From an uncultured Actinomycetes bacterium (GTDB lineage: Bacteria; Actinomycetota; Thermoleophilia; UBA2241), in assembly GCA_963709345.1 (NCBI GenBank), contig CAVPVX010000011.1, forward strand, positions 1-64,000: a stretch of DNA of 64,000 bases, in the 5' to 3' direction. Every line of letters starts with the position of its first letter. Positions within the stretch are counted from its first letter, which is position 1. The translations under genes and the position numbers were made by a program. Under the pieces are notes generated by a model, which made no database searches, was not told the DNA's origin, and saw only the letters and a program-made list of their open reading frames with translations. Below, piece after piece: positions 60,131 to 64,000 of this stretch.

Positions 60131-60865
60131 ATGAGCGCCACGCTCCGCGTCACTCTCCTGCAGCACACGCCCGACCCGGATCGCGCCGTCGCGATCGCGG
60201 GTCGGTTGTGCTATGCACCCGTGTCCGCCGCCGATCTCAAGCAGGAGATGAGCGGCGACGACGTGGCCAAGCTGGTCCGCATACTCGTGCGCAGCGGCCA
60301 CCACTCGGCGCTTGAGCACGCCGGCTTCAGCTTTGCCGTGGACGGCGTCAGTCGAGCCTGCACGCACCAACTCGTCCGGCACCGCGTCGCCAGCTACAAC
60401 CAGCAGTCGCAGCGGTACGTCAGCTTCGGGTCGGCCGACAGCTTCGTCGTGCCGCCCAGCGTCGCCGCGGTCCCCGAGGCGGCGGCCGTGTTCGCCAAGG
60501 CCATGGACGACGCGCGCGTCGCCTACGACAAGCTCGTCGAGCTGGGGCTCGCTGAGGGCCGTACCCGTGAGAGCGTCCAGGAGGACGCCCGCTTCGTGCT
60601 CCCGAACGCCGCCGAGACGAAGATCGTCGTCACCATGAACGCGCGCGAGTTGCGCCACTTCTTCCAGGTGCGCTGCTGCAATCGCGCCCAGTGGGAGATC
60701 CGCGACCTCGCCTGGCAGATGCGGGACATGGTCAAGGAGTTGGCCCCGAAGCTGTTCGAGGGCAGCGGCCCCGGGTGTCTGTACGGGGACTGCCCCGAGG
60801 GCAAGATGACCTGCGGCAGGCCGTACCGGCCGGAGGACGTCGACGGACCGGCCGCGTCGCGGTGA
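60131..60865 (+). CDS. thyX: FAD-dependent thymidylate synthase
   Basis: GH.S.LEH, GVSR..THQLVRHR.ASY.QQSQRY, EDARFVLPNA, MNAREL.HF...R....AQWEIR. Confidence 0.95.
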   Translation: MSATLRVTLLQHTPDPDRAVAIAGRLCYAPVSAADLKQEMSGDDVAKLVRILVRSGHHSALEHAGFSFAVDGVSRACTHQLVRHRVASYNQQSQRYVSFGSADSFVVPPSVAAVPEAAAVFAKAMDDARVAYDKLVELGLAEGRTRESVQEDARFVLPNAAETKIVVTMNARELRHFFQVRCCNRAQWEIRDLAWQMRDMVKELAPKLFEGSGPGCLYGDCPEGKMTCGRPYRPEDVDGPAASR

Positions 60866-60899
60866 GCGCGAGCTTCCCGGTCCCGCTGAGGACGCCGCG

Positions 60900-61853
60900 A
60901 TGATCGCGCGCCTCCTTCTCGTAGCCCTGGCGTTTCCCGCGCTGGCCGCGAAGCGCGCTCAGATCGGCGGCCAGGCCGTCATCGAGGGCGTGATGATGCG
61001 CGGCGTCGACAACTGGTCGCTCGCCGTGCGCCGCCCCGACGACAGCATCGGCCTGCATCACTGGCCGCTCGAGAGCTGGATGAAGCGGTACCCTGCGCTC
61101 AAACTCCCCGTTCTGCGCGGGGTCGTCGCCCTGGTGGAGTCGCTGGCGATCGGCGTGCGCGCCCTCACGATCTCGGCCAACGAGTCGCTCGGCGAGGAGG
61201 AGAAGGAGCTCAGCAAGAGGGAGATCGGCGTCACGCTGATCATCGCCTTCGGTTTCGCCATCGGCCTCTTCTTCATCGCGCCGCTCTTCCTCACGGGGCT
61301 GCTGCGCGCGCAGCTCGGCGACGGCTTCACCTTCTGGCTCGTCGAGGGCTTCGTACGCGTCGGCATCTTCATCGTCTACCTCGCCATCGTCACGCAGATC
61401 AAGGATCTGCGCCGCGTCTTCGAGTACCACGGCGCGGAGCACATGAGCATCCATGCGCTGGAGCACGGCGAGGAGCTCTCCGTCGCCAACGTCGAGAAGT
61501 ACAAGACCCTGCACCTCCGCTGCGGCACGTCGTTCCTGCTCATCGTCCTCGTCGTCTCGATCTTCGTCTTCGCGATCGTCGGCCGTCCGGACTGGTACCT
61601 GCTGGTCCTCAGCCGGGTCGTGCTCATCCCGCTGATCGCCGGGATCAGCTACGAGATCATCCGCTTCGCCGGCCGCCGCGAGGACAACCGCGTGGTCCGC
61701 GTGATCATGGCCCCGGGCCTGGCGCTGCAATGGATGACCACCAAGCAGCCGGACAGTGCCCAGGTCGAAGTCGCGATAGCCGCGCTCGAGAAGATCATCG
61801 AGCTCGAGCCCCAGGACCGCCCGCCGGTCAAGGGCGTGGAGGTCATGGCGTAA
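60900..61853 (+). CDS. DUF1385 membrane protein (YqhQ-like)
   Basis: GGQAVIEGVMMR, RVF.YHGAEH..I, H.RCGTSF, PGL.LQ..TT..P. Confidence 0.9.
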   Translation: MIARLLLVALAFPALAAKRAQIGGQAVIEGVMMRGVDNWSLAVRRPDDSIGLHHWPLESWMKRYPALKLPVLRGVVALVESLAIGVRALTISANESLGEEEKELSKREIGVTLIIAFGFAIGLFFIAPLFLTGLLRAQLGDGFTFWLVEGFVRVGIFIVYLAIVTQIKDLRRVFEYHGAEHMSIHALEHGEELSVANVEKYKTLHLRCGTSFLLIVLVVSIFVFAIVGRPDWYLLVLSRVVLIPLIAGISYEIIRFAGRREDNRVVRVIMAPGLALQWMTTKQPDSAQVEVAIAALEKIIELEPQDRPPVKGVEVMA

Positions 61854-61862
61854 GCTGGGTCC

Positions 61863-62948
61863 ATGGCCGCCATCGACGACCTCATCACCGAGATCGAACG
61901 CTCCTACGAGGAGCTCAACACCCATCTCGCCGACCCTGCGGTGATCGGCGACCGCGGGCGCTACGCCGACGTCGCCCGCGCACATGCCGAGCTGCAACCG
62001 GTCCACGAGCTCACCGTGACGTATCGGGATGTCGAGCGCACGGTCGCCGACGCCGAGGTCCTGCTCGGCGACGACTCGTCCGACGCCGAGATGCGCGAAT
62101 TCGCTCAGGAGGAGCTTCTCGAGGGGCGCCGCCGGATCGACGAGCTCAGCGAGGAGATCCGCGTGCGCATGCTCACGCGCGACCCCAACGACGCCAAGGA
62201 CGTGATCATCGAGATCCGCGCCGGCACCGGTGGTATCGAGGCGTGCATCTTCGCCGGCGAGCTGGCGCGCATGTACACGCGGTACGCCCAGGCCAAGAGC
62301 TTCGAGGTCGAGATCATGTCGGCCGACGAGAACGACGACGGCGGCTTCAAAGACGTGACGCTCGAGGTCAAGGGCCAGGGCGCCTACTCCGCGCTCAAGT
62401 ACGAGGGCGGCGTCCACCGCGTGCAGCGCGTGCCGGTGACCGAGGCCGCCGGGCGCATCCACACCTCGACCGCGACCGTGGCTGTGCTGCCCGAGGCCAA
62501 GGACATCGAGGTCGACATCCAGCCGAACGACCTGCGCATCGAGATCTTTCGCGCCCGCGGGCCCGGCGGTCAGAGCGTCAACACGACCGACTCGGCGGTG
62601 CGCATCACGCACGTGCCCAGCGGCGTGTCGGTGAGCTGCCAGGACGAGAAGAGCCAGCTGCAGAACAAGGACAAGGCGATGCGGATCCTGCGCGCCCGGC
62701 TCTTCGATCTGGAGCAGGCCCGGCAGGACGAGGAGCGCGGTGCGGCGCGGCGCAGCATGGTCGGCAGCGGCGACCGCTCGCAGAAGATCCGCACCTACAA
62801 CTTCCAGCAGAACCGGGTCAGCGACCACCGCATCGGGCTCACCAGCCACCGCATCGCCGAGGTGATGGAGGGCGACCTCGACGAGTTCACCGAGGCGCTC
62901 GCCGCCGAGGACCGGCGCAAGCAGCTGGCGGCGGCCGGCGGCGGCTGA
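61863..62948 (+). CDS. prfA: Peptide chain release factor 1
   Basis: [27 protein letters not shown] (PxT motif), [27 protein letters not shown]. Confidence 0.96.
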   Translation: MAAIDDLITEIERSYEELNTHLADPAVIGDRGRYADVARAHAELQPVHELTVTYRDVERTVADAEVLLGDDSSDAEMREFAQEELLEGRRRIDELSEEIRVRMLTRDPNDAKDVIIEIRAGTGGIEACIFAGELARMYTRYAQAKSFEVEIMSADENDDGGFKDVTLEVKGQGAYSALKYEGGVHRVQRVPVTEAAGRIHTSTATVAVLPEAKDIEVDIQPNDLRIEIFRARGPGGQSVNTTDSAVRITHVPSGVSVSCQDEKSQLQNKDKAMRILRARLFDLEQARQDEERGAARRSMVGSGDRSQKIRTYNFQQNRVSDHRIGLTSHRIAEVMEGDLDEFTEALAAEDRRKQLAAAGGG

Positions 62949-62950
62949 AC

Positions 62951-63860
62951 GTGAGCGAGCCGCGGAGCGTGGGTGACGCTCTCCGCGCGGCCGCGCGGCG
63001 GCTGCGCGCGAGCGGTTCGCGTTCGCCGCGCCTCGACGCCGAGCTCCTGCTTGCCGCGGCGATCGGCGTGTCCCGCTCGGAGCTGTTCCGCAGGCCGGAG
63101 CGTCTGCTGACCACGGCCGAAGCGGAGCGCTTCGAGGTGTGCCTGCGACGCCGCGAGGCGTTCGAACCGGTCGCGTACATCCGCGGCGTGCGCGCTTTTC
63201 GCGCCGTCGAGCTCGAGGTCACGCCCGACGTGCTGATCCCGCGCCCCGAGACAGAGACGCTCGTGGAGGTAGCGCTCGAGGTGCTCGCGGAGGAGCCGGC
63301 GGCACGTGACGACCTCGTCGTCCTGCCCGAGCCTCGCGTCCTGGACGTCGGCACGGGCTCCGGCTGTGTCGCTCTGGCGCTGGCCGCCGAGAACCCCTTC
63401 GTCCACGTCGACGCCGGCGACGTCAGCGAGGCGGCTCTCGCGGTGGCGCGGCGCAATGCCGAGCGCCTCGGCCTCGAGCGCCGCGTCGACTTCCTGCCGT
63501 CTGACCTGTTCGCCGGCCTGCCGGAGGGACGGCGCTACGACCTCATCGTCAGCAACCCGCCGTACATCGCCGAGGCCGAGTACGCGGAGCTCGAGCCGAA
63601 CGTCCGTGACTACGAGCCGCGGCTCGCGCTCGTCGCCGGCGCAGACGGGCTTGACGTCTACCGGCGACTGGTCGCGCAGGCCGCCGGGTGGCTGCGCCGC
63701 GGCGGCACGCTCGCCGTCGAGGTCGGGATCGGCCAGGCTGCCGCCGTGCGGGAGTTCCTGACGGCGGCCGGCTCGGTACGGACCCGCCCGCGAACGGACC
63801 GACCTGAGCGGCGTGCCCCGGGTCGTCTGGGCGCGCCGGCGCGACGGCGGCGGATTCTGA
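62951..63860 (+). CDS. prmC: Release factor glutamine methyltransferase (frameshift near 63790)
   Basis: EPVAYI.G...F, VLIPRPETE, LDVGTGSG, VSNPPYI, EP..AL..G.DGL; the terminal DLSG.PRVV..TGA is in a shifted frame. Confidence 0.9.
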
Positions 63861-64000
63861 TGGCGCGGGTCGAGAAGGCCCGGGCCGTCGTGTTGAGCTC
63901 GCGTCCGCTGGGAGAGGCCGACCGCATCGTACGCCTCTTCACGCGCGAGCTCGGGCGGGTCGACGCCGTCGTCAAGGGCGTGCGCAAGACGACGTCGCGC
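63860..64000 (+). CDS. recO: DNA repair protein RecO, N-terminal part (runs off the window)
   Basis: MARVEKARAVVLSSRPLGEADRIVRLFTRELGRVDAVVKGVRKTTSR matches the RecO N-terminal OB fold. Confidence 0.85.
   Translation, partial: MARVEKARAVVLSSRPLGEADRIVRLFTRELGRVDAVVKGVRKTTSR

Noticed and set aside
62951-64000. Apparent PrmC-RecO fusion ORF
   Set aside because: The genuine PrmC C-terminus (DLSGVPRVV...TGA) is in another frame and overlaps the recO ATG; the fusion comes from a frameshift.

Overview
The window looks like two unrelated pieces joined at about 6,760. Part A (1 to ~6,760) resembles Planctomycetota DNA. It holds a tandem pair of secreted DUF1565-like genes whose signal-peptide coding regions are each followed by a 17-18 nt poly-C tract that puts them out of frame, a secreted beta-propeller-like protein, a PQQ-type repeat protein, and an EF-G gene cut off at the junction. 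Part B (~6,760 to 64,000) is very GC-rich DNA from a probably anaerobic deep-branching Actinomycetota (Thermoleophilia/Rubrobacteria-like; this is inference). Its main feature is a complete but dispersed pyrrolysine system: pylB-pylC-pylD-tRNA(Pyl, CUA), a separate pylSn, and a pylSc translationally coupled to a CwlM-like amidase. Corrinoid proteins, radical SAM genes and an AOR operon lie nearby. No Pyl-containing target gene is visible, and UAG is still used as an ordinary stop. Part B also carries tldD/pmbA, gltX-cysS-rlmB-yacP-sigH, pilT, tandem NlpC/P60 genes, a PadR module with two matching operators, a pfk-apgM-debranching enzyme-cpgS-2PGK cluster (cyclic 2,3-diphosphoglycerate), and rho-rpmE-thyX-DUF1385-prfA-prmC-recO. 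Several single-base frameshifts, including one in the essential gltX, point to long-read consensus errors. All calls come from motif recognition by eye; no database searches were run.
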